From an uncultured virus (IMG/VR IMGVR_UViG_3300030012_002808) (lineage: Duplodnaviria > Heunggongvirae > Uroviricota > Caudoviricetes): 55,881 nt of DNA. Below are positions 55,370 to 55,881 of the stretch, piece by piece. The position numbers and the translations under genes are program-made. Under the pieces are notes generated by a model, which was given only the letters and a program-made list of their open reading frames with translations, searched no databases and was not told the DNA's origin. The DNA is taken from the IMG/VR virus record IMGVR_UViG_3300030012_002808; one strand, written 5' to 3'. Each line of letters starts with the position of its first letter. Position 1 is the first letter of the stretch.

Positions 55370-55633
55370 ATGCCAAAACAATTTAAAGATTTAAAATTTA
55401 GTATGCATAGGATATTTCCTGTGCTCAGTACACACGCGGAGTTGGAATTAGATAATGGATATGGAATATCAGTAATTAATGGAGCTAATGCTTATTGTGA
55501 TAATGAAACATATGAAGTTGCTATCAAAAAAGATGGAAAAATTACATATGATACTGAATTTACTAATAATGTATTAGAATATCAGACTCCATCAGATATT
55601 GATGAATTATTAACTAACCTTGAAAAACTTTAA
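55370..55633 (+). CDS. Phage hypothetical protein (NGYGISVI...YEVA type)
   Basis: DNGYGISVI...YEVAI...YDT motif, recalled from phage early regions. Confidence 0.75.
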   Translation: MPKQFKDLKFSMHRIFPVLSTHAELELDNGYGISVINGANAYCDNETYEVAIKKDGKITYDTEFTNNVLEYQTPSDIDELLTNLEKL

Positions 55634-55635
55634 TT

Positions 55636-55872
55636 ATGGCTAGATTTTACGAAGCAGATACAACGGATGGAATACCTGTATTGATCAATATTGATCATAT
55701 AGTAAAAGTAGAACCAAAACTGATTCTCCAGGATGATGGAACATATGATTATAATATGGATACTACCACTATTGATTTAGCAGGAGTTCTTGTATATGTT
55801 GATGTTCCTTATGAAACCGTAGTAAAGAGTATTAAGCTAAGACAAGATAGTCCTAAAGAAAAAATATATTAG
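55636..55872 (+). CDS. Small beta-rich hypothetical protein
   Basis: VLINIDHIVKVE pattern (FlbD/LytTR-like small fold, weak). Confidence 0.65.
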   Translation: MARFYEADTTDGIPVLINIDHIVKVEPKLILQDDGTYDYNMDTTTIDLAGVLVYVDVPYETVVKSIKLRQDSPKEKIY

Positions 55873-55881
55873 TATGTGGAG

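Noticed and set aside
1..55881. Stop-codon reassignment, as in some crAss-like phages
   Set aside because: Long ORFs are intact in the standard code, and TAG (502, 36785) and TGA (18348) serve as stops with tight gene packing.

Overview
AT-rich segment of a large lytic dsDNA phage, most consistent with a crAss-like/Flavobacteriia-type podovirus of a Bacteroidota host (inferred from gene order, A-rich start regions without Shine-Dalgarno, and TAnnTTTG promoters). Standard genetic code. About 1-52,000 is one minus-strand late region: GroES-like chaperonin, tail/fibre genes, metallophosphoesterase, lysis cassette, HU-like protein, nuclease, terminase, portal, scaffold, major capsid protein, about ten Lys/Arg-rich small proteins, ring/fibre proteins, an 1800-aa tail stabilisation protein, and four large putative virion cargo proteins. 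From about 52,250 the genes switch to the plus strand: small early-type genes in repeated terminator-promoter cassettes, plus structured non-coding stretches. Best candidate for an undescribed system: a [FYMLA]-Q-x-G-(G) signal, present about 40 times, divides both the cargo proteins and the basic proteins into modules. The modules include a SET lysine-methyltransferase domain next to a Tudor-like domain, two ADP-ribosyltransferase-like domains, a HExxH zincin and two paralogous unknown domains. The cargo proteins also share matching N- and C-terminal motifs. Second candidate: a 3'-UTR hairpin whose loop is antisense to the translation starts of three late genes. All calls come from reading motifs by eye; no database search was run.
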